Source: Scyliorhinus canicula (lineage: Eukaryota). Taken from it: a DNA stretch of 64,000 bases. Below, piece after piece: positions 1 through 14,109 of the stretch (position 1 is the stretch's first letter; each line of letters starts with the position of its first letter). A program made the translations under genes and the position numbers. The DNA lies in the NCBI RefSeq assembly GCF_902713615.1, contig NC_052160.1, forward strand, positions 137,496,737 to 137,560,736, read 5' to 3'. The notes beneath the pieces are model-generated. The model was not told the origin of the DNA, searched no databases, and was given only the letters and a program-made list of their open reading frames with translations.

Positions 1-580
1 TCGGCATGTCCACATTAACCTTTACCAACTTTTACAGATGCACTATAGAAAGCATCCTATCGGGCTGCATCACAGCCTGGTATGCCAACTGCTTGGCACA
101 GGACCGCAAGGAACTTCAGAGAGTCGTGAATACCGCCCAGTCCATCACACAAACCTGCCTCCCATCCATGGACTCCATCTACACCTCCCGCTGCCTGGGG
201 AAGACGGGCAGCATAATCAAAGATCCCTCCCACCTGGCTTACTCACTTTTCCAACGGGCAGGAGATACAGAAGTCTGAGAACATGCACGAACAGACTCAA
301 AAACAGCTTCTTCCCCAACGTTACCAGACTCCTAAATGACCCTCTTAAGGACTGACCTCATTAACACTACACCCTGTATGCTTCATCCGATGCCAGTGCT
401 TATGTAGTTACAATGTATATCTTATGTTGCCGTATTATGTATTTTCTTGTATTTTCTTGAATTTTGTTTAATTCCCTTTTCTTCCCATGTACTGAATGAT
501 CTGTTGAGCTGCTTGCAGAAAAATACTTTTCACTGTACCTCGGTACACGTGACAATAAACAAATCCAATCCAATCCAATC
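1..580 (+). mobile_element. 3' end of a Rex1/Babar-type LINE (frameshifted)
   Basis: ORFs FYRCTIESILSGCITAWY...LQRVV...DPSH and GRRYRSLRT.TNRLKNSFFP; AATAAA followed by a (CCAAT)n tail. Confidence 0.8.
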
Positions 581-1089
581 AGCCATGATCTGTGTATGCA
601 TGTGTGCGCCAGCTCCTAATTCCTATGTTCCTTTTGGGAGATAGGGCGAGTTGACTGTTTTTGAATGTGGTGGGTTGCTTTACTTCGAATGTTGTTGATT
701 GTTTTGAAATGTTGTGGATTGTCTCAACTGCAATTCGCCACATCAGTCAAAACAGGAGCAGATCAGATCATCCCTGTCCTCCATACTCAAGGGGAGTCCA
801 AGTCAACTTTACGTAACCCGTCCCCATAATCCAACTCTCTAAACCTTTTAAAGTAATTCCAGTGAAGTTACGCTGTGCCTCTTAACAGTCTGGAGGGACT
901 TGGAAGGAATAGAACTTCTTGTTGACAATCCTTAAGATGTAACCAGTTCTTGGAGCATGTATAACTTTGCTACAGAGAGAGTTTGAGACAGAGACCATTG
1001 CGTGTTTAGACTAAAGTACAGAAATGTAAGGACCAATGAGGAGGGAGCAGGGAGGTTTGGATCACTCCAGCAAAGAGTTAACTTAGACA

Positions 1090-1280
1090 CAATGAAATGA
1101 AATGAAATGAAAATCACTTATTGTCACGAGTAGGCTTCAAATGAAGTTACTGTGAAAAGCCCCTAGTCGCCACATTCCGGCACCTGTTCGGGGAGACTGT
1201 TACGGGAATCGAACCGTGCTGCTGGCCTGCCTTGGTCTGCTTTCAAAGCCAGCGATTTAGCCCGGTGCTAAACAGCCCCT
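1090..1280 (-). mobile_element. tRNA-derived SINE family B (GGGGCTG.TTTAGC... head)
   Basis: Further copies at ~13690-13850 (-), 26812-26990 (+), 35420-35595 (-), 51424-51615 (+), 58997-59180 (+). Confidence 0.8.
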
Positions 1281-2546
1281 GGGCCAATTAGCTTCCAACT
1301 GTGCAGTAAACTTAACTGGTTATTGAAAAAAACTTGATCACCCATGACACACGACTTTATAATCGTGAACATCAGAAGGCCTCCACACCATCTAATTGAG
1401 AATTTTGATAAGATAGAGAAAAGCAGAATAAACTGTGGCACCATTTTAAGATTATCACCCAAGGCACATGAGGAGAGGTTATGAGGACTCTTATTGTAAC
1501 ACAGAAATTTGTTACCATGTTGCCCCGACCAAAAGCAATGGTGGCACCATTTTATTTTTTCATTTAAAAGACCACAAGGAAACAGCAATGGGCCGGGACT
1601 AATCAGATAGGTCTTTCAGAGAGCCACCACAAAGAGGTCAAATGTTCATCTTCTATACTGTAAGCAAACAAATCCTGAGGTCACTCAGAGTTGAATTGCT
1701 CCATGAGGAAGAAAAATTGCAAGGTGCTTATACTTCTGGCTCCACATCATAACTATCTTTTTCCTTTTTAAGAAACATGCTTGAAGCAATAAAGTGGTGT
1801 GCGTGTGCACGTGTGTATGTAATTTAAAAAAAAAAATGCTTCAAACTGTATCGGGAGCAATGTTACTGGGCGATAACGTGTCTTCGGATTCAATGTTCAA
1901 TTGTCATTGGATCAGTGGTGGCACATCCTAACCAATGGTCAGATTGTTTTTCGAAAAATCCTTCCATCAAACCTTTCTTAAAACTGTTTTTAAAAATCTC
2001 ACGTTGGCAACTGTTCTGAAATTAAACCAAAAAAATGGAAATGGACTGGAATAATCCTCACGAGGACCACGGGGGAAAACCGCTGATTGACCGCCCCATG
2101 GATTTGCGAGAATACGCGTTCCCATGGTGAGCAGGCGGAGGGTGAACGAGGTGGGGCCCGTTAGTGGGAAATTTAAATGTAGTTCCCAATAGTCCTGGGC
2201 TGTGCCATTTGTTTTGTGCCCCAGTCGCAGATTTATTTTTAGTTTAAAATAAACCAGTTTGGCCTTTCACTCCGCATCTCCTGGAATGATAACAGGATCT
2301 ACTGGCTGTCTGTCAGTGAAAAGACAGGGCAAGGTTTTGGATGTAACCCTTAATCAGGAGTCAAGGCTTCACCCTAAATGTTGACCTGCAGGCCCGCTGC
2401 AAATTGCCAATGCTCCCTGGATTTATTTCAAAAGGAATCTTGGGATGTTTTTAGTTTCTTTTTACTCTGAAGTCGGAAATAATTTGCCCACCCACCTTTA
2501 CCCGCTCACTCACCCAGTGTAGGGTTGTGGAAATCTCAGCAGCTCC

Positions 2547-2850
2547 GGGCAGGATGGTGGCACAGTGCTTAGCCTCACAGCCCCAGGCATTGGGTTTGAT
2601 TCTGGCCTTGGGCGACTGTCTGTGTGGAGTTTGCACTTTCTCCCTGTATCTGCGTGGATTTCCTCCGGGTGCTCCGGTTTCCTCCCGCAGTCCAAATATG
2701 CCCAGGCCATGATAAATTGTCCCTTAGTGTCCGGGGATGTGCAGGTTAGATTACGGGGTCACGGGTATAGGGTGGAGTGGATCGGTACAGATTCGATGGG
2801 CCGAATGGCCTCCCTTTGCATTGTAGGGATTCTATTCTACGATTCTATAA
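2547..2850 (+). mobile_element. HE1-type V-SINE
   Basis: tRNA-like head, V-domain GTGGAGTTTGCAC...CCGGTTTCCTCCC, CR1-type tail. Confidence 0.75.
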
Positions 2851-2996
2851 TCAGTGGCTGAACAAAGAGGCATCGGGGTGGCGTTAGGGTCAGACTGGAG
2901 GGGGGGGGGGTGCCTCAGGGTCATTCCCCACCGACAGGAGGATTCCCCAGTGGGGCTGAGACGCAGGGATGATCCTGCCTCTTGATTATTGTTAAA

Positions 2997-3278
2997 GGGC
3001 ACAAGATGGTTAGTACTGTTGTTTCACTGCGTCAGAATCCCAGGTTCGATTCCCGGCTTGGGTCACTGTCTGTGCGGAGTCTGCACGTTCTCCCCATGTC
3101 TGCATGAGTTTCCTCCGGGTGCTCCGCTTTCCTCCCACAAGTCCCAAAAGACGTGCTTGTTAGGTAATTTGGACATTCTGAATTCTGAACAGGCACCGGA
3201 ATGTGGCGACTAGGGGATTTTCACAGTAACTTCATTGCAGTGTTGATGTACGTCTACTTGTGACAATAAAGATTATTT
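2997..3278 (+). mobile_element. V-SINE with alternative tail (GAATGTGGCGACTAGGGG...)
   Basis: V-domain followed by the tail shared with SINE family B. Confidence 0.75.
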
Positions 3279-3435
3279 TTAAAAATAGGGTCCAGAGTGT
3301 GTATTCTTCTGAGGACAAGAGCATCCGATGTAAAATACTCACATGTATATATTGCAAAAGAAATGTTTTGTGTATTCTCTTACCTACAAATGGGAATCAT
3401 GAATTTCAGTCAGGATTGGTTGTTGTGATGTTGGC

Positions 3436-3700
3436 GGTTAGGGTTGGCGTTAGNNNNNNNNNNNNNNNNNNNNNNNNNNNNNNNNNNNNNNNNNNNNNNN
3501 NNNNNNNNNNNNNNNNNNNNNNNNNNNNNNNNNNNNNNNNNNNNNNNNNNNNNNNNNNNNNNNNNNNNNNNNNNNNNNNNNNNNNNNNNNNNNNNNNNNN
3601 NNNNNGGATTAGTGTTAGGGTTAGCGTTAGGGTTAGGGTTAGCGTTAGGGTTAGCGTTAGGGTTAGGGTTAGGGTTAGGGTTAGGGTTAGGGGTAGGGTT
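3436..3700 (+). repeat. Interstitial telomeric array (TTAGGG)n with TTAGCG/TTAGTG variants
   Basis: 15 hexamers at 3609-3698 (three TTAGCG, one TTAGTG, one GTAGGG); same motif left of the gap. Confidence 0.95.
3454..3605. other. Assembly gap (152 N)
   Basis: N run inside the telomeric array. Confidence 1.
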
Positions 3701-4175
3701 TTGAGTTCTGAAATTGGTACATCTGGAAAAACCTGAACCAAACTCATTACTTACTGACAAGGTCAACATACACATCTATGGATTGGTTCTCCGACTGCTC
3801 GGAGTCCTGACTTGATTATTCTTTGAGAGCTCACCAAGGTTTGACTAAAGTATGTGACTTCCCATCCCAGCTTGAAGATGCTATTTTAAAAGTTCTGTTT
3901 GACTCCTGAAGTCAATGTAGTATACATTTGTAGAAGAAAAGCAGAAATTACAGCATAACTTTATTGAACTGAAAATTAAAATTATCGGTCTCAACTCTTG
4001 TTCCTTCGAGGTTTTCCTTACATCTGTTGAAATATCAAAACCATTTCTGTTCGCCACAAGGATAACCATAATGACATGAACAAAATTGCAAATTACTTCA
4101 TTCTTTAGCTCCGCTGAGAATAAAAAGAACACTTTGTTCCTCATTAACATTGGGAACATTTATAGTTCAAATTGA

Positions 4176-4492
4176 GGGCAGTGCGGTGACAAAGTAGTTA
4201 GCACTGCTGCCTCACCGCGCCAGGGACCCGGGTTCGATTCTCCCCTTGGGTGGTTGTCTGTGTAGAGTTTGTACTTCCCCGTGTTCATGTGGGTTTCCTC
4301 CGGGTGCTCCGGTTTCCTGCAACAGTCCAAAGATGTGCTGGTTAGGTGGATTGGCCATGCTAAATTGCCCCTTAGGGTGGGGTTGCAGGAATAGGATTGA
4401 GTATTGGGCCTAGGTAGGTCTTTCAAAGGGTCAGTGCAGACTCGATGCACCGAATGACCTCCTCTGCACTCAGAATTCTATGATTCTATGAA
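4176..4492 (+). mobile_element. HE1-type V-SINE
   Basis: Head, V-domain and CR1 tail. Confidence 0.8.
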
Positions 4493-4573
4493 CTGTAAAT
4501 CCAAAAATTGAGATCTGTCCAAATATTTAAAATCGAGAATAGGTTTTATTATAGTGCGTGAATATTAGCTGAA

Positions 4574-4823
4574 TGTGAGGTTGTTGCTGTTATAAGCTGC
4601 GCGGATCCAATTGGCTGCGGACAATTGGTTACCCCATGTTCCTTGAGGAACGTGAGGGGGGTGATCATTAGCAGTGCAGCTGTACAAATAGAGCTGGCCA
4701 GTGTGCTATCGGCTACAGCGGGAACCAGTAGTGAACCGCTGATACTGAGTACATATTGTTCTAAATAAAGTTACTTTCTGTTTCACTCTACAAACGCATG
4801 CTGGATCCTTCATGGCCCTCACA
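4574..4823 (+). mobile_element. Short solo-LTR-like element
   Basis: TGTGAGG...CCTCACA termini, AATAAA near 4764; no clear TSD. Confidence 0.55.
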
Positions 4824-5485
4824 AATGTTATATTTTAAGGGGAGCTCGCCTTTGCCGACTTTCAATGTTTTTAATGGTTTAAAAAATACTCCTGGAGGTA
4901 ATAAAAACTCAGCAATGCTCTTCCGACAGCATCTTCTAAACCTGTGAGTTCCACCATCTAAAAGAACAAGGGCAACAGACCTGCCTGCATGCCACACCGT
5001 GCAAGCTCCTCGCAGTCACTCATTAGCATGGCCTGAATGCACAGTGCTGTTCCTTCACTGTCGCTGGGTGAATAATCTTGAAATGACCCCTAACTGCCCA
5101 ACATGGACAACAGGGTTCAAGAAAGTGATTAACCACCATCCTCTCAGGGGTAATTAGGGATGGACAACAAATATTGGCCTTGTCAATCACACCCAGATTC
5201 CAAGAACAAATAAAATATGTTTTTTTAGGTTTTAATATCTACAACCTTAAAAATCCCTAAGCCAGGTTTCTGTCTCGGCTGTAGCGGGGTCCACCGAGGG
5301 GGATGCAGCCGGCATTCCAGCATTCCATGGAGTTTCGGCGGGAGTGACTAATCCTCGGGACAGACAGGTTGGGTAAATTCCACCCAGCGCTGAAAGGTAC
5401 TGTGATTGTATAAAAATTGTACTTAGATGAGTTTTGCTGTCGCACTAATGCATAACCTTTTTAATTCTGAATTAAGAAAGAACTT

Positions 5486-5676
5486 GGGCTGGATTCTCCG
5501 CTGTCATTATTCTCCGCTGCGCTGGCAACGCACCCGCGTCCGGGAATTTCCCGAAGGCATGGGGCTGCCCACAATGGAAAAATCCCATTGGCCAGCTGGT
5601 GGGACAGAGAATTCCCGTTGCCGGCCAAAGCGCGCCACACCAGGAAACCGGTGCGGCCGGACGGAGAATCTCGCCC
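5486..5676. mobile_element. Harbinger-type MITE, TSD CTT
   Basis: TIRs GGGCTGGATTCTCC / GGAGAATCTCGCCC. Confidence 0.75.
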
Positions 5677-7399
5677 CTTGTGTTTCTGTGATGTTTGTCT
5701 GTATCATTATTCATCCTCTTCTATCTAACACCAAGGGAACCACTCACTCTAACTCCAAAATGTATGAACAATGCAATGATTGGAGCATCCCATCTGTAAG
5801 AAAACACTTCTTGATTGCTCAACCGTTGGCCACTCCCTCTCTGGGTAACGGGGAAAAGGACTAACCTATAGGAATGACATGAGAACAAGTGGAAAATATC
5901 GAGAGTGGTAGTTTCAACACATCAGTCTTGGTTCAGTATGCAGCACTCTCTCCTCTGAATTATTAAGTTTGTGAATTCAGGTCACAATCCAGAAACCTGA
6001 GGCCTTAATCAAGGCTGGCAGTATCGAGGGTGGCAGTAGATGCCATCCTCTGGTGAAATAAAACCCTGTTGCCTGCCTTCTAAGGTGGACATTGAAAAAT
6101 GCCACCACACTTTTCAAAGAAGGCAATGAAATATTCCTCTTATCTCTTGCTTATGGATAAGGCACACAGTCCGGTTAAAGAGATGTATAAAGCACTCTTT
6201 ATTTCTTTTAGAATTCATTTGGTACATTTGCACAAAATTAAATTGACAAACTTTCTGTTAGTACATTGTAAGTCCTTGAGACACTGAGGAGTGACATCAA
6301 AAAAACTTCAAGATAAAAGTGACTCCAGATTTACAAGTTAAAAGTCATTTCAACAAAAGGCCTCTTTAAAAGTAATTTTCGCGAATGCTTCAAGGATTCT
6401 CCGACGGCTAAAATTCTTCTCTCCAATCAGTCACAGGGATCACATTCTTAAGGGAATCCTTATCTGGGTTTAGCCCCTTACTAACTTTCATTGGTTCTAA
6501 TTCTCAGCTGAGACTCCCCTTGATCCATTCAGGAAAGTGTCAGCCACTCAACAGGTGATTGATTAATTAGACAGTAATCAATTACTCCAAATTAATTATC
6601 CTTCCCACAGTTCTTGTCCCACGTTCAAACTCCCTACGTCACGTCTGGTCTGGGATACGAGATTGTTTCAAATTAGTTGAATGTACCCTCATATTGCTTT
6701 TCTACAGTACATCTTTTGCAACATTTGAGACAGTCATGGACAGGATTCAAAAGTTAAACCAATTTTATAACTTAATCATATTTCCAAGGTTCATTTTATT
6801 TTCCAGTATATTTTAACTAATATTTCAAAGGACTCTATAATTGTTGAAGCCAACAAGCATTGTTTTCTCCCTGAATCAATACTTAAAAATGTTGATTCTG
6901 GTCATTTATTTCATAGTTATTCCTGGGAGCTTGTTATGTATGAAAACAGCAGCCAAGTTCCCGACATTACTTCATTGGCTGTGAGGTAATTCGGGACTTT
7001 CTGAAATGGTGAAAGCCGTTTTATTTCTATCAAAATGTAATGTCAACGGCATGTTTGGTTTTGATTTTTTTTGCTGAGAAGGATGCCGAACTGACTTTTT
7101 AACTGACTATTACATTGCTTTGCCAATTACAATATCTATAAAAAGATTACAGATGGCTTCAGAGAAAAAAACGTGTGTCACAAGGCTGAACGACCAACTT
7201 CCCATTCTGAGGTACCAAAAGGGTCAAAAGTTAAAGCTGAGTTGCAAAATCGCAGTTGTAAAACATTTTTATTTCTGTTCATCTGGTTTAACTGAACGAC
7301 GAATGAGTATGTGCAGATATTTGCAGACAGACATGTCTCAGAGATGTGTCGTGTGCTGTGCAAATTTATACTGGAAATGGATTGATTGATTTATTGCCA

Positions 7400-7975
7400 C
7401 ATGTACCACTGGAAATTGCTTTGCATTCACAAAACTTTCCATCAACCAATTCCCTTTGTTTCCTGTCACATAGCCAACTCCAACCTGCCACGTTCCTCTG
7501 TATCCCATGAGATCTCACTTTTCTGGCCAGTATGCCATGAGAGGCCTTGTCAAATGAAATCCATATTGACAGCATCCACTGTACTAACTTCATCAATCCT
7601 CCTTGTTACTTCCTCAAAACATTCTATCAAGTTAGAAGACATGATTTTCCCCTAAAAAAAAACACTATCCCTGACTATCCCTGATCAATCCATCCCTTTC
7701 TAAGTGACTCTCAAAATTGTTTCCAATGATTTTCCCACCGCTGAAGTCAAACTGATTGGCCTATAGTTTTCAGACCTATCCATCCATCGTACTCTTTTTA
7801 AATAAGGGTACAATATTTGCAGACCTCCAATCCTCTGGGACCTTGCCTGTGTGTCGTGATGATTGGAAAACGATCCTCAGAGAATTCTTTATTTCATTTG
7901 GTTTCCTTCAACAGCCTGGGATACAATCCATCTGGCCCTGGTGATTTATTCACCTTCAAGGATGCCAGTCCCTAA
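7400..7975 (-). mobile_element. CR1 RT fragment
   Basis: SFDKASHGIL.RKVRSHGI...WL.DRKQR. Confidence 0.75.
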
Positions 7976-8825
7976 ATCAATCATTGAATCCCCAACCATC
8001 TGGAGGTTACCACTGACCAGAAACGTAACTGGACCAGTTATGTACATCCTGTGGCTACAAGAGCAGATCAAAAGGCTGGGAATTCTATGGTGAGTAACTC
8101 TCCTCCGAACTTCCCAAATCATGTCCACCATCTACAAGGACATGTCAGGAGTGTGACGGAATAATCTCCACTGACCTGACAGCTCCAACAAGACTTAAGA
8201 AGTTCGACGCCATTCAGGAAAAACAACCTCCTTGATAAGCATTTCATGCACCACCTTAAATATTCCCTCCCCCCACCACCACACACAGTGCTAGCAGTGT
8301 GAATCAACTACAAAATTAAAAAGGAATGAAGAAATAAGAACTTGCATTGATATAGCGCCCTATCATGAACTAAGGTCATGCATAATTGCAAAACAATTAA
8401 AGAACTACATTCGCAATACAATCTCCATTGTAATTTACAAAATGTAGCCTCTAGTTTTCACACAGCAAGGACACATACTCAGCAATGTGGCAATGAGCAA
8501 ATTATTTGTTTTCAGTGACAATGGCGACAATATTGTCCTGGATACCAAGAGAATTCCTCTTCCCTTCTTCAAATAATGTTTTGTGTCCCTTCACATCAAC
8601 CGAGAGGGCAGACAGTGTGCCAGTTCAACTTGCCATCTGAATGATGATAGCCCTAACCTTACAGCTTCACTAAGGAACGAGTGATTCACTAGATTAAGTG
8701 GCAATTGAATCTTGGACTCAGAAGTGTGAGTACAATTTATTAACCACAAATGCCACTTTATGCGAGTGACCTTTCACTCCTGCTCGTTTGGACTATTAGA
8801 CTTTTCCCCTCATTTCATGACTCAT

Positions 8826-9160
8826 ACAACAGTACAGCACAGAACAGGCCCTTCGGCCCTCGATGTTGTGCCGAGCAATGATCACCCTACTCAAACCCAC
8901 GTATCCACCCTATACCCTTAACCCAACAACCCCCCCCCCTAACCTTACTTTTTAGGACACTACGGGAAATTTAGCCTGGCCAATCCACCTAACCCGCACA
9001 TCTTTGGACTGTGGGAGGAAACCGGAGCACCCGGAGGAAACCCACGCACACACGGGGAGGACGTGCAGACTCCGCACAGACAGTGACCCAGCAGGGAACC
9101 GAACCTGGGACCCTGGAGCTGTGAAGCATTTATGCTAACCACCATGCTACCGTGCTGCCC
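8826..9160 (-). mobile_element. HE1-type V-SINE
   Basis: Near-identical to 37228-37570. Confidence 0.85.
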
Positions 9161-9361
9161 CGGAAATCACATTGTAATTTCCCTTTTACTTATCTTCCTA
9201 ACCAGTTTAAATCTTTTCCCATTGGTCTTTGACATTTTTCTCAGTGACTTGGGTGATTCTCTGGTTTATATGACAGCCATTCCACAGTCATCCCTATTTT
9301 CAAAAGCCATCCCAAGAAATTGAAATCCGCCTTGCTACACCAGACATGTATTGACAATTCT

Positions 9362-9900
9362 AGGCCGGGATTCGCTAATCCCGCGGTCAAGTTCTGACAC
9401 CGGTGTGAAAAGCAGCGCGAGCCACTCCCACATCAACGGGCCTCAAGTGGCAGGTATTCACCCCTTCCTAGGGGGCTAGTATGGCGCCAGAGTGGTGTCC
9501 GCAGCTCCGACGCCTGAAAGCCAGTGCGCCACGGCCGGTGCGAGTCGGCGCATGTGCGTGGGTTCCCGCCACGGAACTTAGGCCCGCCACGGAACTAGCC
9601 TGCCCGCCAATTGGCAGGCCCCGATCATGGGCCAGGCCACGGTGGAGACCCCCCCCCCCCCCGGGATCGGATCCCCCCGTACCCCCACCACGACTGCCCC
9701 CGCAGCCAGAACTCCGAGGTCCTGCGGGTGGGACCATACGTAACCCACGCTGGCCGGACTCGACGTCGAGGCCCGGAGAATCGCCGGGGTGTGCCATTTT
9801 CAATGGCCCCTGCCCAGCGCGGCGACGATCCCGCGGGCGTCCGAGAATCGGCGGGACTGGTAGATTCTGCTGGCAGTCCATCTCCCCCTGCCGGAAAAAA
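9362..9900. mobile_element. GC-rich Harbinger-type MITE (right end degraded)
   Basis: Starts GGCCGGGATTC; internal blocks shared with the 22848 and 36598 copies. Confidence 0.6.
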
Positions 9901-12369
9901 AAGCAGCAGGGTGGTCAGTAAATCCCAACCATTTAGTCCAATCAGTTGTACCCAACTCTGATTCAGGAAGGATCGTGGATTAGAATCATCGAATGGGTTA
10001 CAGCGCCGGAGACCCATTGGTAACTGAGGAATTGCTGCACCGTTGCAGGTGCAATCTACCAAATAAGGCGTCAAATCGAGGCCCAATGTTCCCTCTCGGA
10101 TGAACGTATGAAGATCAAGGTAGTTCTTCCTGCTGTCCTCGCTGCTGTAGTATTCTGTGGAATGTTTTCTATTTTTAAAATGCATTTGCAGACTAGTTGC
10201 GCATTCTTCTTGCAAGCGAACACAGTCGAGTAATTCAGCGCGAAAATAATGCAGAATTACCAAAGGTAGTGGCAAAGTTTCACCACCGTCCTCAAGGACC
10301 ACAGGCTGCTCTCCCCCTTGAGTCAGAAAGAAAGAGAGAGGGAGAGAGAGCTGACTGGTGGTGATTTTACCTGAGGGTCACCATACCTCAGGCGAGGGAC
10401 AAGGTTGAGGAGGCACAGGATTTCCGGTGTAGGAATTGAACCCGTCCTGTTGACATCGCTTGACGTCACGAACCAGCTGTCCTGCCAACTGAACGAACCA
10501 ACATCCCCAAAGATAGCAGCACAGCCAATGTGAGGGGGGGGGGGGGGGGGGGGGAGGGGGACCAATCCCAAACTTTGTGAGACAAATGTGCCCTCCTGAG
10601 GCATGGTCAAGGAATTGCACTTGTGATTGACGTGGGGAGAATTAGCAGCTTGGTGGAGGTACATGAAGGGCCCAATCGGCCGGCCCCATCACAACCGAAA
10701 GGCAGTGCAGAAAACGGCATCATCAGGGCGTTCCCCACCGAGGCCCAATATCTACCTGAATGGCCGTTCGATAGCGTGGCATCTCTCGGCGCTCCGAGCG
10801 CCAGAAAACACCCGGCTAAAGGCTCTCGCTTCGGGACTCCGTTCCCATTTGGGTAGATCGTGCCGTAAATTTCTATTGCGCCCTTCCTCCGGCACCAAGA
10901 ACTAAAGAGAGACTTGTACGTATGTACCACCTTACACAATAGGTCGTACCAAAGTGCGTCACAGCGAAACAAGACATTTTCCATCCCCTATTAGGGTGGA
11001 CATGGCCTTGGCTCATCATCCTGCCTGAAAGACTGCACACGCAACAGTGCAGCATTCCCTCAGCATTGCACTAGGGTCAGCTACCGTGCCCAGGACCTGG
11101 GATGAGAACTGAATCCACAAGTCTCAGATACAGACAGAGTTACACAAAAAAACCATCAAGTCACCCAAGCAGCCAAGGTAATCAAAGCAATACCTTGAAC
11201 GTAGGAGAAGGACTTCCCCCATCAGTCCACCCACCTTCCCCCCACAGACCTATTTCAACTTCTAGTTCACTTGAGAACGAACCTCTTCAAAATTCAACTA
11301 CAGGACTTCTCACAATTTACTGAGGATCCTCCACTTTATAAGATCTTCACTTCAGATAAGGCATTTGATTTTGTCTAAGAAACTACAGGCCCACCATGAA
11401 AGGGAGTGAGATTATTAAAACTTACAACCATATTATTTTTACCTTCATCTGTATCCAATCGATGTATATGTCAAGCTGATGAATACAACACTGCGTTAAA
11501 TAATGTCCTTTATATTTAAACTCACAAAAAGCTTGCTGTTGGAAATTATTTAATCAGAATTGCCATGAGAGCAAGAAAACACACCCCTCTTACGCAAACA
11601 TAATGAACATGGGCGTGATTCTCAGTCTCTGAGACTAAGCATTGACGGCAACGCAGAATCTGTGAACTTTCACAGAAAAACCAGTGCTGCACCTGGACCA
11701 TTTCTGCCACTGTTAGGGGCAGCACCGACACCACAGTACTCCAGCTGTGGCCTCACCAAAGTTCTCTATACAACTCCAACATGACCTCCCTGCTTTTGTA
11801 ATCTGTGCCTCAATTGATAAAGCCAAGTGTACCGTGTGCCTTTTTCACCACCCTATGCCCTTCTGCCTGCAGAGATCTATGGACAAACAAATCCCTGTGT
11901 TCCTCGGAACTTCTCAGTGTCAGGCCATTCATTGAGTACTTCCTTGTCACATTACTCCTTCCAAAGTGTATCACCTCACACTTTCTGATTAAATTCCATC
12001 AGCCACTTTTCTGCCATTTGACCATCCCGTCTTGTATCTTCCTGTCACCCAAGACACTCAACCTCACTGTTAAACACCTGGCCAATCTTTGTGTCATCTG
12101 GAAACTTACTGATCCTATCTCCACCCCCCCTCCCAACATAATAATCTATGTTGTTTATATATATAAGGCAAACAATAGGGGACCCAGCACAGATCCCTGT
12201 GGTATGCCACTGGCTTCCAGTCACTAAACGAGCCATCTCTAATCACCCTCTGTCTCCTACAATTAAGTCAATTTTACCAAGTTTATCAAGTTACCCCATA
12301 TCCCATGTGCATTTGACTTCTTTATAAGTCTCCCATGTGGGACTTTGTCAAAGGCTTTCCTGAAATCCA

Positions 12370-13283
12370 TGTTGGAGCCATCTGGGATGGCCACTTACAG
12401 AGGATCCTGGGAAATATGGCCACCTGCAAAGGACCATGAGAAATATGGTCAACCCAGGACTCAGACGCTCAGAGCTTATGTATATTGGCAACTCAGATAA
12501 CTAGACACAATCGAAAGCCCCAGCTACTTTGCATTCTAATGGCCCATTTTCCCCAGAACAAAAGACCTGTACTCAGGTATCAGATACAGAAACAGACTCA
12601 TCGGCACCACTCCCTTTGCTCAGGGAGCCCAAATAGCCAAGGTCAATGACCGCTCAGGACACGCCCCCATCAAGGCACCCGCCCCTTTATTGGCCAAAAT
12701 CGAAGGCAGTAATCGAAGCTTGTAGAATTATTGGGTCCAAAGCTAAGGACCGCCCAAAAGAGCGCGAAAGCCCAGAAGGATAAAGAGAGACACAGCCATG
12801 TGTTCGGTCTCTCTTGGCCCCGGCGCTCGGTCTCTCTTGGCCCCGATCTACGTCTAAAATCAAGTGCAGCATCACAGCCAGAAGACAAGTTCAAGACCAA
12901 CAATCCCTACCAGATGGATGAGCCCAGCAGAAACGAAGTCACTTCTCCAGCCCCAGTCACGCAAGATCCGAACAAAGACCTTGTTCCTCTGCATAAAGCC
13001 GGGTGCCTGAAGTTAAGTACAGGTTGTTGTAGTGTTAGGTGTAATTTAGCTTGAAGTATTTTATGTTGCATGTCGAAGTAATTCTTGTGTGTAAATAAAC
13101 TACGATTGAACTTGAACTAACTAACTGGTTGTTTGGTCTTTGATCAATATCCGGTAAAGCCTTGTGGTGGTATCATTTGGTACCTGGCGACTCTGAAAAG
13201 CAATATCATCATTAATAACGGTCATATCAGTATCCAGTTAAAAAGAGCAACATTGTTGGCGTCTCCAGTGCAGATTGGCAACA
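12370..13283 (+). mobile_element. LTR-like element (~0.9 kb) inserted in a CR1
   Basis: TGTTGG...GCAACA termini, TATA-like and AATAAA; same 5' start (GCCATCTGGGATGGCCA) as the 25795-26672 element. Confidence 0.75.
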
Positions 13284-14109
13284 ATATAAACTACATCCAC
13301 TGCACTACCCTCATCTATACACCTGGTCACGTGCTCAAACAATTCAATCAAATTTATTAGGCAAGACCTGCCTCTGACGAAGCCGTGCTGACTATTCCTG
13401 TTCACATCTTGCCTCTCCAAGTGGAGATAGAATTTCTTCCAATAGTTTCACGACTGCTGCCGTGAGACTCACTGGTCTGTAGTTCCCTGGCTAATCTCTG
13501 CAAAGTTTCTGAAATAGTTGGACCACATTAGCAGTTCTCCAGTCCTCTGGCACCTTCGCAGAGGCCAGAGAGGAATTAGAAATTTGGGTCAGAGCCCCTG
13601 CAATCTCTTCCCTCGCTTCCCCTCAGCATCCTGGGTCACAATTCATCTGGACCTGGAGATTTGTCCACTTTTAAGACTGCCAACGCTTAATAATAATAAT
13701 CTTTTATAGTCACAAGTAGGCTTCCATGAAGTAACTGTAAAAAGCCCCTAGTCGCCACATTCCGGAGCCTGTGCGGGGAGGCTGGTACGGGAATTGAACC
13801 CTCGCTGCTGGCCTTGTTCTGCATTACACGCCAGCTGTTTCGCCCACTGTGCTACACATCCAATACCTTGTCACTCCCTATGGCAATTTTCTCAAGAACC
13901 TCACAGTCTGTCTCCCAGAGATCTACAGCTGCCTCCTCATTCTCTCGGGTGAACACCCTATCAATGTTCTCCGGCTCCACCCACAGATTCCCCCCCTTGG
14001 GCCCTACTTTTTCCTTTGTTATCCTCTTCCCATTGATATACTTATAGAATATCTTGGGAGTGTCCCTCCTTTTATCAGCCAGAGCTTTCTCATGTACCCT
14101 CTTTGGTCT

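Noticed and set aside
3260-3775. ORFs with (VR)n, (LT)n and (NP)n
   Set aside because: Translations of telomeric repeats across an N gap
10108-10233. Hydrophobic ORF MKIKVVLPAVLAAVVFCG as leader of gene A
   Set aside because: Starts inside a DeuSINE relic and has no credible phase-1 donor
9625-10302. 225-aa minus-strand ORF with Tyr-containing motifs
   Set aside because: Runs across a MITE and a DeuSINE relic; chimeric by chance
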